A stretch of 64,000 nt of DNA from Alphaproteobacteria bacterium. Lineage in GTDB: Bacteria; Pseudomonadota; Alphaproteobacteria; GCA-2731375. Of this stretch, positions 11,751-24,605 are shown piece after piece; position 1 is the first letter of the stretch; the number at the start of each line of letters is the position of its first letter. The position numbers and the translations under genes are program-made. Under the pieces are notes generated by a model. The model saw nothing but the letters and a program-made list of their open reading frames with translations, ran no database searches and was not told where the DNA came from. The DNA lies in assembly GCA_016869175.1 (NCBI GenBank), contig VGEV01000001.1, forward strand, positions 1,476-65,475, given 5' to 3'.

Positions 11751-12122
11751 GTGTGCGTGGACGGCCTGCTGCGGGAATACCTGCCCATCCTGATGTTCCT
11801 GGGCGTCGCCATCGCCATTGCGGCGGCCATGCTGGTCGCTTCCCTGGTGGCGGCCCGGCAGCGACCGGACCCGGAGAAGCTTTCGGCCTATGAATGCGGT
11901 TTCGAGGCGTTCGGCGATGCCCGCCGGCAGTTCGACGTGCGTTTCTATCTCGTGGCCATCCTGTTCATCATTTTCGACCTGGAAGTCGCTTTCCTGTTTC
12001 CCTGGGCGATCACGCTGGCCGACACCGGCGCCTATGGCTTCTGGTCGATGATGGTGTTCCTGGCCGTGCTCACCTTGGGCTTCGTCTACGAGTGGAAGAT
12101 GGGGGCGTTGGAATGGGAGTGA
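11751..12122 (+). CDS. nuoA: NADH-quinone oxidoreductase subunit A
   Basis: GTG start. [18 protein letters not shown]...[12 protein letters not shown]. 123 aa. Confidence 0.9.
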   Translation: MCVDGLLREYLPILMFLGVAIAIAAAMLVASLVAARQRPDPEKLSAYECGFEAFGDARRQFDVRFYLVAILFIIFDLEVAFLFPWAITLADTGAYGFWSMMVFLAVLTLGFVYEWKMGALEWE

Positions 12123-12634
12123 TGCCGCCCGCCGGCGAACAGGACGCCCTGTTCAAGGAAGTCTCCGAGGAACTGGCCGACAAGGGCTTTTTCGTCAGCC
12201 AAGTGGACAAGGTCGTGAACTGGGCCCGCACCGGGTCGCTGTGGCCGATGACCTTCGGCCTGGCCTGTTGCGCGGTTGAAATGATCCACGCCTATATGCC
12301 GCGCTACGACCTCGACCGCTTCGGGGTGGTACCGCGCGCCAGTCCGCGGCAATCGGACGTAATGATCGTGGCCGGAACGCTGACCAACAAGATGGCCCCG
12401 GCCTTGCGCAAGGTCTACGACCAGATGGCCGAACCGCGCTACGTGATCTCGATGGGGAGCTGCGCCAACGGCGGCGGCTATTACCATTACAGTTACTCGG
12501 TGGTGCGCGGCTGCGACCGCATCGTGCCGGTCGATATCTATGTGCCCGGCTGCCCACCGACGGCGGAGGCGCTGGTCTATGGCATCCTGCAACTGCAGCG
12601 CAAGATTCGCCGCACCGGCACCATCCTGCGCTAG
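12113..12634 (+). CDS. nuoB: NADH-quinone oxidoreductase subunit B
   Basis: [20 protein letters not shown]...[36 protein letters not shown] (Fe-S cluster N2 ligands). Internal start within ORF 11894-12634. Confidence 0.93.
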   Translation: MGVMPPAGEQDALFKEVSEELADKGFFVSQVDKVVNWARTGSLWPMTFGLACCAVEMIHAYMPRYDLDRFGVVPRASPRQSDVMIVAGTLTNKMAPALRKVYDQMAEPRYVISMGSCANGGGYYHYSYSVVRGCDRIVPVDIYVPGCPPTAEALVYGILQLQRKIRRTGTILR

Positions 12635-12676
12635 CCGATCGGCGCCCCTCGCAACCTCAAGGAAGCGCGACAAGGC

Positions 12677-13303
12677 ATGGACGAGCAAGCGTTGACCGAG
12701 CTCGGGCAGTATGTCGCGGCCGCACTCGCCAGCGAGGTGCAGGCGGTCGAGGTGGCGCATGGCGAACTGATGCTGAGCGTCGGGGCCGAGGCGATCGGGC
12801 GCACGCTCAGCTTCTTGCGCGACGATTCGCAATGCCTGTTCAAGCTGCTGGTGGATGTTTGCGGCGCCGACTATCCGGAGCGGCCGCAGCGGTTCGAGGT
12901 GGTCTACAACCTGCTCAGCATCAAGCACAACCAGCGCATCCGGGTGAAGGTGGCAACCGACGAGGCGACGCCGGTGCCGAGCGTCGCGGAGGTGTTCAGC
13001 GCGGCCGGCTGGTACGAGCGGGAAGCCTGGGACATGTACGGCATCCTGTTCGCCGAGCATCCCGATCTCAGGCGGCTGTTGACCGACTACGGCTTCGAGG
13101 GGCATCCCTTGCGCAAGGACTTCCCCCTGACGGGTTTCGTGGAGTTGCGTTACGACGACGAGCAGAAGCGCGTGGTCTATGAGCCGGTCAAGCTGACCCA
13201 GGAATTCCGCCGCTTCGACTTCATGAGCCCTTGGGAGGGCGCGCGCTACGTGCTGCCGGGCGACGAGAAGGCAAAGCCGGCGGACGGGGCAAAGAAGGCC
13301 TGA
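12677..13303 (+). CDS. nuoC: NADH-quinone oxidoreductase subunit C
   Basis: 30-kDa subunit signature [14 protein letters not shown]...[16 protein letters not shown]. Confidence 0.92.
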   Translation: MDEQALTELGQYVAAALASEVQAVEVAHGELMLSVGAEAIGRTLSFLRDDSQCLFKLLVDVCGADYPERPQRFEVVYNLLSIKHNQRIRVKVATDEATPVPSVAEVFSAAGWYEREAWDMYGILFAEHPDLRRLLTDYGFEGHPLRKDFPLTGFVELRYDDEQKRVVYEPVKLTQEFRRFDFMSPWEGARYVLPGDEKAKPADGAKKA

Positions 13304-13307
13304 GGCC

Positions 13308-14486
13308 ATGGCGGAATTCGCGATCAAGAACCTGACCATGAATTTCGGGCCGCAGCATCCGGCGGCGCATGGCGTGCTGCGCCTGGTCATGGAACTGGAC
13401 GGCGAGGTGATCGAACGCTGCGATCCGCATATCGGCCTGTTGCACCGGGGCACCGAGAAGCTGATCGAATACAAGACCTACCTGCAGGCGGTGCCCTATT
13501 TCGACCGGCTGGACTATGTCGCGCCGATGAGCCAGGAACACGCCTTCGCGCTGGCGGTGGAGAAGCTGCTGGGCTGCGAGGTGCCGCCGCGCGGGCAGGC
13601 GCTGCGGGTGCTGTTCGCCGAGATCAGCCGCATTCTCAACCACCTGCTGAATATCACGACGCAAGGCATCGACGTTGGGGCCGTTACGCCGGCGCTGTGG
13701 GGCTTCGAGGAGCGCGAGCGGCTGATGGAGTTCTACGAGCGGGTGTGCGGTGCCCGCCTGCATGCCGCCTATTTCCGCCCGGGCGGCGTGCACCAGGACC
13801 TGCCGGCCGGCCTGGCCGAAGACATCGGCAAATATGCCGACGGGTTCCCGCGGTTTCTCGACGATCTGGAAGCGCTGCTGACGGAGAACCGCATCTACAA
13901 GCAGCGCAACGTCGACATCGGCAAGGTCTCGGCCAAGGACGCGCTCGACTGGGGTTTCACCGGCGTCATGCTGCGCGGCTCGGGCGTGCCGTGGGACTTG
14001 CGCAAGGCGCAGCCCTATGACGGCTACGAGCGGTACGAGTTCGACATTCCGGTCGGCAAGAACGGCGATTGCTACGACCGCTATCTCTGCCGGGTGGAGG
14101 AGATGCGGCAATCCACCCGCATCATCCGGCAGGTGCTGGACACGCTGCCGGAGGGTCCGGTGGTGACGCTCGACCGCAAGATCGCGCCGCCGCCCCGGGC
14201 CGAGATGAAGCGCTCGATGGAGGCGCTCATCCACCACTTCAAGCTCTATACCGAGGGCTATCACGTGCCGGCGGGCGAGACCTACACGGCGGTCGAGGCG
14301 CCGAAGGGCGAGTTCGGCGTCTACCTCGTGGCGGACGGCACGAACAAGCCCTATCGCTGCAAGATCAGGGCGCCGGGATTCGCGCATTTGCAGGCGCTCG
14401 ACTACCTCTGCAAAGGTCACCTGCTGGCCGACAGCGTGGCGGTGATCGGCAGCCTGGATGTCGTGTTCGGCGAGATCGATCGATGA
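13308..14486 (+). CDS. nuoD: NADH-quinone oxidoreductase subunit D
   Basis: [23 protein letters not shown]...RIEYLEK-type 49-kDa subunit. 392 aa. Confidence 0.95.
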   Translation: MAEFAIKNLTMNFGPQHPAAHGVLRLVMELDGEVIERCDPHIGLLHRGTEKLIEYKTYLQAVPYFDRLDYVAPMSQEHAFALAVEKLLGCEVPPRGQALRVLFAEISRILNHLLNITTQGIDVGAVTPALWGFEERERLMEFYERVCGARLHAAYFRPGGVHQDLPAGLAEDIGKYADGFPRFLDDLEALLTENRIYKQRNVDIGKVSAKDALDWGFTGVMLRGSGVPWDLRKAQPYDGYERYEFDIPVGKNGDCYDRYLCRVEEMRQSTRIIRQVLDTLPEGPVVTLDRKIAPPPRAEMKRSMEALIHHFKLYTEGYHVPAGETYTAVEAPKGEFGVYLVADGTNKPYRCKIRAPGFAHLQALDYLCKGHLLADSVAVIGSLDVVFGEIDR

Positions 14487-15091
14487 CTGACGCTTGGCAA
14501 CCGCCGGCCGCGCCCGCACAGTTCGCGTTTTCCGCGGAGAACGAGGCCCGCGCCCGGACGATCATCGCGCGCTATCCGCAAGGCCGCCAGCACAGCGCGG
14601 TGATGCCGCTATTGGACCTGGCACAGCGCCAGCAGGGCTGGCTGCCGCCCGCGGCCATCGAGCATGTCGCGCGGTTCCTCGAGATGCCCCGCATTCGGGT
14701 GCAGGAGGTGGCGAGTTTCTACACCATGTACCGCCTGCGCCCGGTCGGCCGGCATCTGGTGCAGGTCTGCACCACCACTCCGTGCTGGCTGCGCGATAGC
14801 GATGCCGTCGTCGCCGCCTGCAAGAACAAGCTGGGGGTGGAGTTCGGCGGCACCACGGCGGACGGCAAGTTCACCTTGCTCGAGGTCGAATGCCTGGGGG
14901 CCTGCGTCAACGCGCCGATGCTGCAAATCGACGACGACTACTACGAGGACCTGACGCCCGAGGCAACGGAACGCATCCTGGACGCCTTCGCCCGGGGCGA
15001 GAAGCCGGCGCCCGGCCCGCAGGGCGGCCGCCGCAGTTCCGAACCGACCGGCGGCCCAACCACGCTAGCCCAGTTCACGAAGGACGGCTGA
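14483..15091 (+). CDS. nuoE: NADH-quinone oxidoreductase subunit E (24 kDa, [2Fe-2S])
   Basis: Start ATG overlaps the nuoD stop (ATGA). Cys ligands in [12 protein letters not shown] and [10 protein letters not shown]. Confidence 0.92.
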   Translation: MTDAWQPPAAPAQFAFSAENEARARTIIARYPQGRQHSAVMPLLDLAQRQQGWLPPAAIEHVARFLEMPRIRVQEVASFYTMYRLRPVGRHLVQVCTTTPCWLRDSDAVVAACKNKLGVEFGGTTADGKFTLLEVECLGACVNAPMLQIDDDYYEDLTPEATERILDAFARGEKPAPGPQGGRRSSEPTGGPTTLAQFTKDG

Positions 15092-16371
15092 TGCTGCTCG
15101 ACCAGGACCGCATCTTCACCAACCTCTATGGCTACCAGCATTGGGGCCTGGCGGCGGCGCGCAAGCGCGGCGACTGGGATGGTACCAAGGCGATCATGGA
15201 CAAGGGCCAGGACTGGATCGTCGAGGAGGTGAAGAAGTCAGGCTTGCGCGGCCGTGGCGGCGCCGGCTTTCCGACCGGCCTGAAATGGTCGTTCATGCCC
15301 AAGCAGTCGGATGGCCGGCCGTCCTACCTGGTGGTGAACGCCGACGAAGGCGAGCCCGGCACCTGCAAGGACCGCGACATGCTGCGCCACGACCCGCACA
15401 AGCTGGTCGAAGGCTGCCTGCTGGCGGGCTATGCCATGCGCGCCGTCGCCGCCTATATCTACATCCGCGGCGAGTTCCACAATGAGGCTGACATCCTGGA
15501 AGCCGCCATCGCCGAGGCCTACGAAGCCGGCCTGATCGGCAAGAATGCCTGTGGCTCGGGTTACGACTTCGATGTCTTCGTGCATCGCGGCGCCGGCGCC
15601 TATATCTGCGGCGAGGAGATGGCGCTGATCGAAAGCCTGGAAGGCAAGAAGGGTCAGCCGCGGCTGAAGCCACCGTTCCCGGCCAACCAGGGCGTCTGGG
15701 GCTGTCCGACCACGGTCAACAACGTCGAAAGCATCGCCGTGGCGCCAACCATCTTGCGCCGCGGCGCCTCATGGTTCGCAGGCTTCGGGCGGCCCAACAA
15801 CACCGGCACCAAGGTCTTCTGCATCTCCGGCCACGTCAACAAGCCGTGCAATGTCGAGGAGGCGATGAGCATCCCGATGCGGGAACTCATCGACAAGCAT
15901 GCCGGCGGGGTGCGCGGCGGCTGGGACAACCTGTTGGCGGTGATCCCGGGCGGCGCCTCGGTGCCGGTCATCCCGAAGTCGATCTGCGATTCCGTGCTGA
16001 TGGATTTCGATGCGTTGCGCGAGGTGAAGTCGGGCCTGGGCACCGCGGCGGTCATGGTCATGGACAAGTCGACCGACATCGTCAAGGCGATTGCCCGGCT
16101 GTCGAAATTCTACATGCACGAGAGTTGCGGCCAGTGCACGCCCTGCCGCGAAGGCACCGGCTGGATGTGGCGGGTGATGGAGCGGCTGGTCAAGGGCCGG
16201 GCGGAGGTGTCGGAGATCGACATGCTGCTCGACGTGACCTATCAGGTCGAAGGACATACGATCTGCGCGCTCGGCGACGCGGCGGCCTGGCCGATCCAAG
16301 GCCTGATCCGGCATTTCCGGCCCGAGCTGGAGCGCCGCATCCTGGACTACCGCCGCGCCAAGGCGGCGTGA
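15091..16371 (+). CDS. nuoF: NADH-quinone oxidoreductase subunit F (51 kDa, FMN/NADH binding)
   Basis: [15 protein letters not shown] and [15 protein letters not shown] [4Fe-4S] motif. 426 aa. The long upstream extension of the ORF-track frame is an artefact. Confidence 0.95.
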   Translation: MLLDQDRIFTNLYGYQHWGLAAARKRGDWDGTKAIMDKGQDWIVEEVKKSGLRGRGGAGFPTGLKWSFMPKQSDGRPSYLVVNADEGEPGTCKDRDMLRHDPHKLVEGCLLAGYAMRAVAAYIYIRGEFHNEADILEAAIAEAYEAGLIGKNACGSGYDFDVFVHRGAGAYICGEEMALIESLEGKKGQPRLKPPFPANQGVWGCPTTVNNVESIAVAPTILRRGASWFAGFGRPNNTGTKVFCISGHVNKPCNVEEAMSIPMRELIDKHAGGVRGGWDNLLAVIPGGASVPVIPKSICDSVLMDFDALREVKSGLGTAAVMVMDKSTDIVKAIARLSKFYMHESCGQCTPCREGTGWMWRVMERLVKGRAEVSEIDMLLDVTYQVEGHTICALGDAAAWPIQGLIRHFRPELERRILDYRRAKAA

Positions 16372-16402
16372 CCCAGCCCCTGCGACAGGAGCCCAACCGG
16401 CC

Positions 16403-18463
16403 ATGCCGACGCTGACCATCGACGGCCGCGAGATCACGGTGGAGCCGGGCACCACGGTGCTGCAGGCCTGCGAGTTGCTGGGCATCGAGGTGCCCCGCTT
16501 CTGCTACCACGACCGCCTGTCGATCGCCGGCAATTGCCGGATGTGCCTGGTGGAGCAGGAGCGCGCGCCGAAGCCAATCGCGAGCTGCGCCATGCCGTGC
16601 GCCGACAAGATGGTGATCCGCACCAACACCGCTGGCGTGCGCAAGGCGCGCAACGGGGTGATGGAGTTCCTGCTGATCAACCACCCGCTCGACTGCCCGA
16701 TCTGCGACCAGGGCGGGGAATGCGACTTGCAGGATCAGGCGATGGCCTATGGTTTCGATCGCGGCCGCTTCCACGAGAACAAGCGCGCGGTCAAGGACAA
16801 GCAGATGGGGCCGTTGATCAAGACGATCATGACCCGCTGTATCCACTGCACCCGCTGCGTCCGTTTCGCCACCGAGATCGCCGGGGTCGAGGAACTGGGG
16901 GCGACCGGCCGCGGCGAGCATATGGAGATCACCACCTATCTGGAGCAGGCGATCGGCAGCGAGCTGTCGGGCAACCTGGCCGACATCTGCCCGGTCGGCG
17001 CGTTGACCCACAAGCCCCATGCCTTCGCCGCCCGGCCGTGGGAGCTGCGCAAGACCGAATCCGTCGACGTGCACGACGCGGTTGGCAGCAATATCCGCAT
17101 CGATGCCCGCGGTCGCGAGGTCATGCGGATCCTGCCGCGGCTCAACGAGGACATCAACGAGGAGTGGCTGTCGGACAAGAGCCGCTATGCCGTCGATGGC
17201 CTGAAGCGTCAGCGGCTCGACCGGCCGTTTGTGCGCGAGGGCGGCAAGCTCAGGCCGGCGGAGTGGAGCGAAGCCTTCCAGGCGATCGCGGCGCGGCTCA
17301 AGGGCCAGGACGGCAGGCGGCTGGGCGCCATCGCCGGCGATCTGGTCGAAGCCGAATCGCTGCTGGCACTCAAGGATCTCATGGCGGCCTTGGGCTCGCC
17401 CCATCTGGATTGCCGGCAGGACGGCGCCAAGCTGCCCGGCGGGGTGCGGGCCGGCTATCTCTTCAACAGCACCATCGCAGGGATCGAGGCGGCCGACGCG
17501 CTGGTCATCGTCGCCAGCAATCCGCGGCGCGAGGCCGCGCTGATCAACGCCCGCATCCGCAAGCGCTGGCTGCGCGGCGGCTTGCGGGTCGGGCTGATCG
17601 GCCAGCGCGCGGGCCTGACCTACAAGTACGAGCATCTGGGCGCCGGCCCGCAGACGCTGAAGGAACTGGCGGACGGCCGGCATTCCTTCTTCGAGGTGCT
17701 TCGGGGCGCCAAGCGGCCGATGCTGATCCTGGGCATGGCCGGCCTGGCCCGGCCCGACGGCGCGGCGGTATTGGCCGAGGCGCGCCGGCTGGCGGAGACG
17801 GCGGGCCTGATCCGGGAGGGCTGGAACGGGTTCAACGTTCTGCATACGGCGGCCGGCCGCGTCGCCGGCATGGATCTGGGCTTCTTGCCGGGTGAGAGCG
17901 GACTCGATACCGAGGGCATGCTGGCGGCGGCCGAACGCGGTGAGCTGGCGGCCCTGTGGCTGCTGGGCGCCGACGAGTTGCCGATGCGCCGGCTGGGCAC
18001 TGCCTTCGTCGTCTACCAGGGCCACCACGGCGATGCCGGCGCGCACCGGGCCGACGTGGTGCTGCCGGGCGCCGCCTATGCCGAGAAGGACGGCCTGTGG
18101 CTCAACACCGAGGGCCGCCCGCAGCTCGGCCGACGCGCCAGCTTCCCGCCGGGCGACGCGCGCGAGGACTGGACCATCCTGCGGGCCTTCTCCGAGGTCA
18201 TTGACAAGCGATTGCCCTATGACACGCTGGCCGATCTGCGCCGGCGGCTGTTCCAATTGGCGCCGCATTTCGCCCGGCTGGACGCCGTCGAGCCGGCGCC
18301 GTGGGGCGAGTTCGGCCGGGCGGACCGGCTGGATGCCGCGCCCTTCGGCGTGGCGGTCAGCGATTTCCATCTCACCAACCCGATCGCCCGGGCCTCCGGC
18401 ATTATGGCGGAATGCAGTCGGCTGGCCGCCGGAGGCGCCGCCGGGACCGGCACCCATGGCTGA
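16403..18463 (+). CDS. nuoG: NADH-quinone oxidoreductase subunit G (75 kDa)
   Basis: N-terminal 2Fe-2S and 4Fe-4S Cys clusters: [42 protein letters not shown]. Confidence 0.95.
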   Translation: MPTLTIDGREITVEPGTTVLQACELLGIEVPRFCYHDRLSIAGNCRMCLVEQERAPKPIASCAMPCADKMVIRTNTAGVRKARNGVMEFLLINHPLDCPICDQGGECDLQDQAMAYGFDRGRFHENKRAVKDKQMGPLIKTIMTRCIHCTRCVRFATEIAGVEELGATGRGEHMEITTYLEQAIGSELSGNLADICPVGALTHKPHAFAARPWELRKTESVDVHDAVGSNIRIDARGREVMRILPRLNEDINEEWLSDKSRYAVDGLKRQRLDRPFVREGGKLRPAEWSEAFQAIAARLKGQDGRRLGAIAGDLVEAESLLALKDLMAALGSPHLDCRQDGAKLPGGVRAGYLFNSTIAGIEAADALVIVASNPRREAALINARIRKRWLRGGLRVGLIGQRAGLTYKYEHLGAGPQTLKELADGRHSFFEVLRGAKRPMLILGMAGLARPDGAAVLAEARRLAETAGLIREGWNGFNVLHTAAGRVAGMDLGFLPGESGLDTEGMLAAAERGELAALWLLGADELPMRRLGTAFVVYQGHHGDAGAHRADVVLPGAAYAEKDGLWLNTEGRPQLGRRASFPPGDAREDWTILRAFSEVIDKRLPYDTLADLRRRLFQLAPHFARLDAVEPAPWGEFGRADRLDAAPFGVAVSDFHLTNPIARASGIMAECSRLAAGGAAGTGTHG

Positions 18464-19469
18464 GCTCTGGCAGGGCTATCTGTGGCCGGGCGCCATCATC
18501 CTGGCGCAGATCCTGGCCATCGTGGTGCCGCTGCTGCTCTGCGTCGCCATGCTGACCTATGCCGAACGCAAGGTCATGGCGGCCATGCAATTGCGCATGG
18601 GCCCCAACGTGGTGGGGCCGTTCGGCCTGCTGCAGGCCTTCGCCGACGGGCTGAAGCTGCTGCTCAAGGAAACCGTGTTTCCCACCGGCGCCAACAAGGT
18701 GGTGTTCGCAGTGGCGCCGATGCTGACCTTCGTTCTCAGCCTGATCGCCTGGGCGGTGATTCCGTTCGGCGCCGGCCTGGTGCTGGCCGATATCAACGTC
18801 GGCATCCTCTACCTGTTCGCGATCTCCTCGCTGGGCGTGTACGGCATCGTGATGGCCGGCTGGGCGTCGAACTCGAAATATCCCTTCCTGGGCGCGCTGC
18901 GCTCGGCCGCGCAGATGGTGAGCTACGAGGTCTCCATGGGCTTCGTGATCATCACGGTGCTGCTCTGCGTCGGCTCGCTGAACCTGAGCCGCATCGTGGA
19001 AGCGCAGCGCGACGTGTGGTTCTGCATCCCGCTGTTCCCGATGTTCGTGATCTTCTTCATCTCGGCGTTGGCGGAGACCAACCGGCATCCCTTCGACCTG
19101 CCGGAGGCGGAGGCCGAACTGGTCGCGGGCTACCAGGTCGAGTATTCGTCGATGACCTTTGCCATGTTCTTCCTGGGCGAATACGCCAACATGATCCTGA
19201 TGAGCGCCAGCACGACGATCCTGTTCCTGGGCGGCTGGCTGCCGCCGGTCGACGTGGCGCCGCTCAATTGGATCCCCGGACCGCTCTGGCTGATCGCCAA
19301 GATCTGCGTGCTGCTGTTTGTCTTCATCTGGGTGCGGGCAACCCTGCCGCGCTATCGCTATGACCAGTTGATGCGGCTGGGCTGGAAGGTGTTCCTGCCG
19401 TTCTCGCTCCTCTGGGTGGCGCTGACGGCGGGGGCGCTGCTCGCTTTCGGCTGGCTGCCCGCGGCATGA
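18456..19469 (+). CDS. nuoH: NADH-quinone oxidoreductase subunit H
   Basis: [37 protein letters not shown] is the NuoH/ND1 signature. Start overlaps the nuoG end by 8 nt. Confidence 0.93.
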   Translation: MAELWQGYLWPGAIILAQILAIVVPLLLCVAMLTYAERKVMAAMQLRMGPNVVGPFGLLQAFADGLKLLLKETVFPTGANKVVFAVAPMLTFVLSLIAWAVIPFGAGLVLADINVGILYLFAISSLGVYGIVMAGWASNSKYPFLGALRSAAQMVSYEVSMGFVIITVLLCVGSLNLSRIVEAQRDVWFCIPLFPMFVIFFISALAETNRHPFDLPEAEAELVAGYQVEYSSMTFAMFFLGEYANMILMSASTTILFLGGWLPPVDVAPLNWIPGPLWLIAKICVLLFVFIWVRATLPRYRYDQLMRLGWKVFLPFSLLWVALTAGALLAFGWLPAA

Positions 19470-19551
19470 GCGGGCCGCTTGCCTTTGCCGGTGCCGCGAC
19501 TATGGTGGCGCGCGGCCGGGGGACGGGGGCCTGCCGCCAAGGGGTGTGCGC

Positions 19552-20040
19552 ATGAACGTGCTGACCCAGAACGCCAAGAGCCTGCTGCTCTGGGAGATTG
19601 CCAAGGGCATGGCCTTGACCTTCCGCTACATGTTCCGCCGGCGCGCGACGGTCAACTATCCCTACGAGAAGGGGCCGCTCAGCCCGCGCTTCCGCGGCGA
19701 GCATGCGCTCAGGCGCTACCCGAACGGCGAGGAGCGCTGCATTGCCTGCAAGCTGTGCGAGGCGATCTGCCCGGCGCAGGCCATCACCATCGAGGCCGAG
19801 CCGCGAGCCGACGGCAGCCGGCGCACCACGCGCTACGACATCGACATGACGAAATGCATCTACTGCGGCTTCTGCCAGGAGGCCTGCCCGGTCGATGCCA
19901 TCGTCGAGGGGCCGAACTTCGAGTTCGCCACCGAGACGCGCGAGGAACTCTACTACGACAAGGACAAGCTGCTGGCGAACGGCGACCGCTGGGAGCGCGA
20001 GATCGCGCACAACCTGATGGTTGACGCGCCCTATCGCTGA
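19552..20040 (+). CDS. nuoI: NADH-quinone oxidoreductase subunit I (2x[4Fe-4S])
   Basis: [16 protein letters not shown] and [19 protein letters not shown] at 19552 has better SD spacing (AAGGGG) than the GTG at 19546. Confidence 0.93.
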   Translation: MNVLTQNAKSLLLWEIAKGMALTFRYMFRRRATVNYPYEKGPLSPRFRGEHALRRYPNGEERCIACKLCEAICPAQAITIEAEPRADGSRRTTRYDIDMTKCIYCGFCQEACPVDAIVEGPNFEFATETREELYYDKDKLLANGDRWEREIAHNLMVDAPYR

Positions 20041-20125
20041 GGGGCCGGGCGTGGGGCGGCCCGGCTGAGGGATTGACTCGTGGCCGGCCGGCCGGCCGGT
20101 TGGGAAGTGGGGGGCGCGGCGACCG

Positions 20126-20740
20126 ATGGTCCTGCAGGGACTGGTCTTCTATGTCTTCGCCTTCATCACCGTGGCCGCGGGCTGCATGGTGGTGGCGGCG
20201 CGCAACCCCGTGCATTCGGTGTTGTTCCTGATCCTGGCTTTCTTCACGTCGGCCGGCTTGTTCGTGCTGATCGGGGCGGAGTTTCTGGCGATGATCCTGG
20301 TCATCGTCTATGTCGGCGCGGTCGCCGTGCTGTTTCTCTTTGTCGTGATGATGCTCGATATCAATTTCGTCGAGCTGCGTGAAGGCTTTCTGCAATATCT
20401 GCCGATCGGCGCGCTGATCGGCCTGATCCTGCTGATCGAGCTGTTGCTGGTGCTGGGCGGCATGCGGCTGACGCCCGAGCTGACCCGCCAAACGGCGGCG
20501 CCGATCGCCGCGCTGGCGGCCGAAAGCAATACCCATGCCTTGGGCCAGGTGCTCTACACCCGCTACATCTACCTGTTCCAGGCTGCCGGCATGCTGCTGC
20601 TGGTGGCGATGATCGGGGCCATCGTGCTCACCTTGCGCAGCCGCGAAGGGGTGCGGCGGCAGGCGATCGCCCGCCAGGTCGGCCGTCGGCGCGAGGAGGC
20701 GGTCGAGCTGAAACAGGTCCAGCCGGGTCAGGGGGTCTAG
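20126..20740 (+). CDS. nuoJ: NADH-quinone oxidoreductase subunit J
   Basis: VAARNPVHSVLFLILAFFTSAGLFVLIGAEFLAMILVIVYVGAVAVLFLFVVMML. Confidence 0.92.
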   Translation: MVLQGLVFYVFAFITVAAGCMVVAARNPVHSVLFLILAFFTSAGLFVLIGAEFLAMILVIVYVGAVAVLFLFVVMMLDINFVELREGFLQYLPIGALIGLILLIELLLVLGGMRLTPELTRQTAAPIAALAAESNTHALGQVLYTRYIYLFQAAGMLLLVAMIGAIVLTLRSREGVRRQAIARQVGRRREEAVELKQVQPGQGV

Positions 20741-20743
20741 CGC

Positions 20744-21064
20744 ATGGCGGCGTATTTCGCCATCGGCCTGGGCCATTACCTGACGGTGGCGGCGATCCTG
20801 TTCACGCTCGGTATTTTCGGCATTTTCCTCAACCGGAAGAACGTCATCATCATTCTGATGTCGGTCGAGTTGATGTTGCTGGCGGTCAACATCAACCTGG
20901 TGGCCTTCTCGGTCTTCCTGGGCGACCTGGTGGGGCAGGTCTTCGCCATGTTCGTGCTGACCGTGGCCGCCGGCGAGGCGGCGATCGGGCTCGCCATCCT
21001 GGTGGTCTATTTCCGCAACCGCGGCTCGATCGCGGTTGAGGACATCAACCTGATGAAGGGCTGA
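20744..21064 (+). CDS. nuoK: NADH-quinone oxidoreductase subunit K
   Basis: [17 protein letters not shown]...[20 protein letters not shown]. 106 aa. Confidence 0.93.
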   Translation: MAAYFAIGLGHYLTVAAILFTLGIFGIFLNRKNVIIILMSVELMLLAVNINLVAFSVFLGDLVGQVFAMFVLTVAAGEAAIGLAILVVYFRNRGSIAVEDINLMKG

Positions 21065-21072
21065 GCGCCGGC

Positions 21073-23061
21073 ATGTACGTCGCCATCGTTTTCCTGCCGC
21101 TTTTCGCCAGCATGCTCGCCGGGTTCTTCGGCCGGCTGCTCGGCGACCGCGGCGCGCAGCTCATCACCTGCGGGGCGGTGTCGCTGGCGGCACTGCTGTC
21201 GCTCTATGCCTTCTACGACGTCGCCATCCTGGGCCACACGCAGAAGGTGCAGTTGTTCGAGTGGATCGACTCCGGCAGTTTCGAGGTCGCCTGGGCGCTG
21301 CGCATCGACCAGCTGACCGCGGTGATGCTGGTCGTGGTGTGCGGCGTCTCGGCGCTGGTGCACATCTATTCGATCGGCTACATGGCCGAGGATCCGCACA
21401 TCCCGCGGTTCATGTCCTATCTGTCGCTGTTCACCTTCGCCATGCTGATGCTGGTGACGGCGGACAACCTAGTGCAGCTCTTCTTCGGATGGGAGGGCGT
21501 GGGGCTCGCCTCCTATCTCCTGATCGGCTTCTGGTACGAACGGCCGAGCGCCAATGCCGCCGCCATCAAGGCCTTCCTGGTCAACCGCATCGGCGATTTC
21601 GGCTTCGCGCTGGGGATTTTCGGCGTGTTCCTGGTATTCGACAGCGTCGCCTTCGACCAGGTGTTCAAGAGCGCGCCGGGCATGGCTGGCAGGAGCTTCG
21701 AGTTCCTGGGCTGGCAGGTCGACATCATGACCACGCTCTGCCTATTGCTGTTCGTCGGAGCGATGGGCAAGTCGGCGCAGGTGCCGTTGCATACTTGGCT
21801 GCCGGACGCGATGGAAGGCCCGACACCGGTCAGTGCGCTGATCCACGCCGCGACCATGGTCACGGCGGGCGTATTCTTGGTGGCTCGCTTCTCGCCGATG
21901 TTCGAATACGCGCCCAACGCGCTGGCCGTGGTGGCGGTGGTGGGGGCGTTCACCGCGTTCTTCGCCGGCACCATCGGCCTGGCACAGAACGACATCAAGC
22001 GGGTGATCGCCTATTCGACCTGCAGCCAGCTCGGCTACATGTTCTTTGCCGCCGGCGTGCACGCCTATGGCGCGGCGATCTTCCATCTGTTCACGCACGC
22101 CTTTTTCAAGGCGCTGCTGTTCCTTTCGGCTGGTGCGGTGATCCACGCCATGCACCACGAGCAGGACATGCGGATCATGGGCGGCCTGCGCCACCACCTC
22201 AAGCGCACCTACGTGCTGTTCTGGATCGGCAGCCTGGCGCTGGCCGGGCTGCCGTTCTTCGCCGGCTATTTCTCCAAGGACATCATCCTGGAGGCGGCCT
22301 GGGCGGTGCATACCGGGGTTGGCAATTTCGCCTTCGTGCTGGGCCTCGCCGCGGCGGTGCTGACCGCGTTCTATTCCTGGCGGCTGATCTTCATGACCTT
22401 CCACGGGCAACCGGGCGCGCGCGCGCCTGGCCGCGCGGCGCATCCGCACGGTCACGACACGCACGGCCACGGATCGCATGGCGAGGCTCACGCGATCCAC
22501 GAGGCGCCGCCGGTGATGATGATTCCGCTTTACATCCTGGCGCTGGGGGCGATCTTCGCCGGCTTGGCGTTCAGCGATTACTTCGTCGGCGCTGGCCGCG
22601 AGGCATTCTGGGGCGAGGCGATCAAGGTGCTGCCTGAAAACGACAGCATCGAGGCCGCGCACCATGCCCCGCTCTGGGTCAAGCTGGCGCCGGTGGCAGC
22701 CGGCCTGATCGGCATCCTGGCTGCCTGGTATGGCTATATCCGCCGGCCCGGGCTGCCCGGCGAGTTGGCGCATACCCACGCCGAAGCCTACCGGTTCCTG
22801 CTGAACAAGTGGTACTTCGACGAGATCTACGAGTTCTTCCTGGTGCGGCCGGCGAAATGGCTGGGCCGGCTGCTCTGGAAGGGCGGCGACGGGCGGATCA
22901 TCGACGGCTTCGGGCCGGACGGCATTGCCGCCAGCGTGCTCGATCTGGCCCGCCGCACGAGCCTGCTGCAGACCGGCTTCGTCTACCATTATGCCTTCGC
23001 CATGCTGATCGGCGTCGCTATCTTGGTGACGTGGTATTTCGCGACCGGGCACGGAGGCTGA
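21073..23061 (+). CDS. nuoL: NADH-quinone oxidoreductase subunit L
   Basis: Antiporter-like subunit with ...[17 protein letters not shown]...[23 protein letters not shown]. 662 aa. Confidence 0.95.
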   Translation: MYVAIVFLPLFASMLAGFFGRLLGDRGAQLITCGAVSLAALLSLYAFYDVAILGHTQKVQLFEWIDSGSFEVAWALRIDQLTAVMLVVVCGVSALVHIYSIGYMAEDPHIPRFMSYLSLFTFAMLMLVTADNLVQLFFGWEGVGLASYLLIGFWYERPSANAAAIKAFLVNRIGDFGFALGIFGVFLVFDSVAFDQVFKSAPGMAGRSFEFLGWQVDIMTTLCLLLFVGAMGKSAQVPLHTWLPDAMEGPTPVSALIHAATMVTAGVFLVARFSPMFEYAPNALAVVAVVGAFTAFFAGTIGLAQNDIKRVIAYSTCSQLGYMFFAAGVHAYGAAIFHLFTHAFFKALLFLSAGAVIHAMHHEQDMRIMGGLRHHLKRTYVLFWIGSLALAGLPFFAGYFSKDIILEAAWAVHTGVGNFAFVLGLAAAVLTAFYSWRLIFMTFHGQPGARAPGRAAHPHGHDTHGHGSHGEAHAIHEAPPVMMIPLYILALGAIFAGLAFSDYFVGAGREAFWGEAIKVLPENDSIEAAHHAPLWVKLAPVAAGLIGILAAWYGYIRRPGLPGELAHTHAEAYRFLLNKWYFDEIYEFFLVRPAKWLGRLLWKGGDGRIIDGFGPDGIAASVLDLARRTSLLQTGFVYHYAFAMLIGVAILVTWYFATGHGG

Positions 23062-23064
23062 GCC

Positions 23065-24603
23065 GTGAACGACTGGCCGCTGCTGTCGCTGGTAACGTTC
23101 CTGCCCCTGGTGGGCGCGCTGGCGATCTTCGCCTTCGCGCATGGACCAAAGGAAGTCGCCGACCGCAACGCGCGCAGCGTGGCCTTGATGACCACCACGC
23201 TGACCTTCCTGGTCAGCCTGTTGATCTGGGCCGCCTTCGATCCCAGGAACCCCGATTTCCAGTTGTTGGAGCAGCGCGCCTGGCTGGCGCCCGGCATCGC
23301 CTACGCCATGGGCGTGGACGGCATTTCCGTGCTGTTCGTGGTGCTGACGTCGTTTCTGATGCCGTTGTGCATTCTGGCCAGTTGGGAGGCGATCCAGACC
23401 CGGGTGCGGGAATATATGATCGCCTTCCTTCTGTTGGAAACCATGATGAACGGCGTGTTCTGCGCGCTCGACGCCGTGTTGTTCTACCTGTTCTTCGAAG
23501 GCGGCCTGATCCCGATGTTCCTCATCATCGGCATCTGGGGCGGCCAGCGCCGGGTCTATTCCAGCTTCAAGTTCTTTCTCTATACGCTGGCGGGCTCGGT
23601 GCTGCTGCTGCTCGCCTTCATCTACATGTACTACCAGGTGGGCTCGACCGATATCCGCGAGCTCATGCGCTTCGCGCGGCAGACCGGGTTCGGCCTGGAG
23701 GCGCAGAACTGGCTCTGGCTGGCCTTGTTCGCTTCCTTCGCGGTCAAGATGCCGATGTGGCCGGTACACACCTGGCTGCCGGACGCCCATGTCGAGGCGC
23801 CCACCGCCGGCTCGGTCATCCTGGCGGGCGTGCTGTTGAAGATGGGCGGCTACGGCTTCATCCGGTTCTCCATGCCGATGCTGCCCAACGCCTCGGAATT
23901 CTTCGTGCCGCTGGTGTTCGCGTTGTCCATCATCGCGGTGATCTACACCTCGCTGGTCGCGCTGATGCAGGAGGACATGAAGAAGCTCATCGCCTATTCC
24001 TCGGTCGCGCATATGGGCTTCGTGACGCTCGGCCTGTTCACCTTCACCACCCAAGGGGTGGAAGGGGCGATGATCCAGATGCTGAGCCATGGCGTGGTTT
24101 CGGCGGCGCTGTTCCTGTGCGTCGGCGTGATCTACGACCGCATGCACAGCCGCGAGATCGCGCGCTATGGCGGCCTGGTTTACCGCATGCCGGTCTATGC
24201 CTTCTGTTTCATGGTGTTCACGCTGGCCTCGGTCGGCCTGCCGGGCACCAGCGGCTTCGTTGGCGAACTGCTGGTGCTGGTCGGTACGTTCAAGGTCAAT
24301 ACCTGGGCGGCGCTGCTGGCTTCGACCGGCGTCGTGCTGTGCGCGGCCTACATGCTCTGGCTCTACCGCAGGGTGATGTTCGGCAAGCTGGAGAAGGCCG
24401 ATCTGATGCATATCGTGGACATGAACCGGCGGGAGATCGCGGTATTCGCGCCGCTCGTTGCCGTGACGTTGTGGATGGGGATCTATCCGAAACCCCTCCT
24501 GGAGGCGATGCACAGCTCGGTCGCATTGCTGCTGGAGCAGCACCGGGCGGCGCTCAAGACGGCCGCTGCCGGTGCCGCCGGCCTGGCGCAGCTTGGGCAA
24601 TAG
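23065..24603 (+). CDS. nuoM: NADH-quinone oxidoreductase subunit M
   Basis: [32 protein letters not shown]. 512 aa. Confidence 0.95.
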   Translation: MNDWPLLSLVTFLPLVGALAIFAFAHGPKEVADRNARSVALMTTTLTFLVSLLIWAAFDPRNPDFQLLEQRAWLAPGIAYAMGVDGISVLFVVLTSFLMPLCILASWEAIQTRVREYMIAFLLLETMMNGVFCALDAVLFYLFFEGGLIPMFLIIGIWGGQRRVYSSFKFFLYTLAGSVLLLLAFIYMYYQVGSTDIRELMRFARQTGFGLEAQNWLWLALFASFAVKMPMWPVHTWLPDAHVEAPTAGSVILAGVLLKMGGYGFIRFSMPMLPNASEFFVPLVFALSIIAVIYTSLVALMQEDMKKLIAYSSVAHMGFVTLGLFTFTTQGVEGAMIQMLSHGVVSAALFLCVGVIYDRMHSREIARYGGLVYRMPVYAFCFMVFTLASVGLPGTSGFVGELLVLVGTFKVNTWAALLASTGVVLCAAYMLWLYRRVMFGKLEKADLMHIVDMNRREIAVFAPLVAVTLWMGIYPKPLLEAMHSSVALLLEQHRAALKTAAAGAAGLAQLGQ

Positions 24604-24605
24604 GC

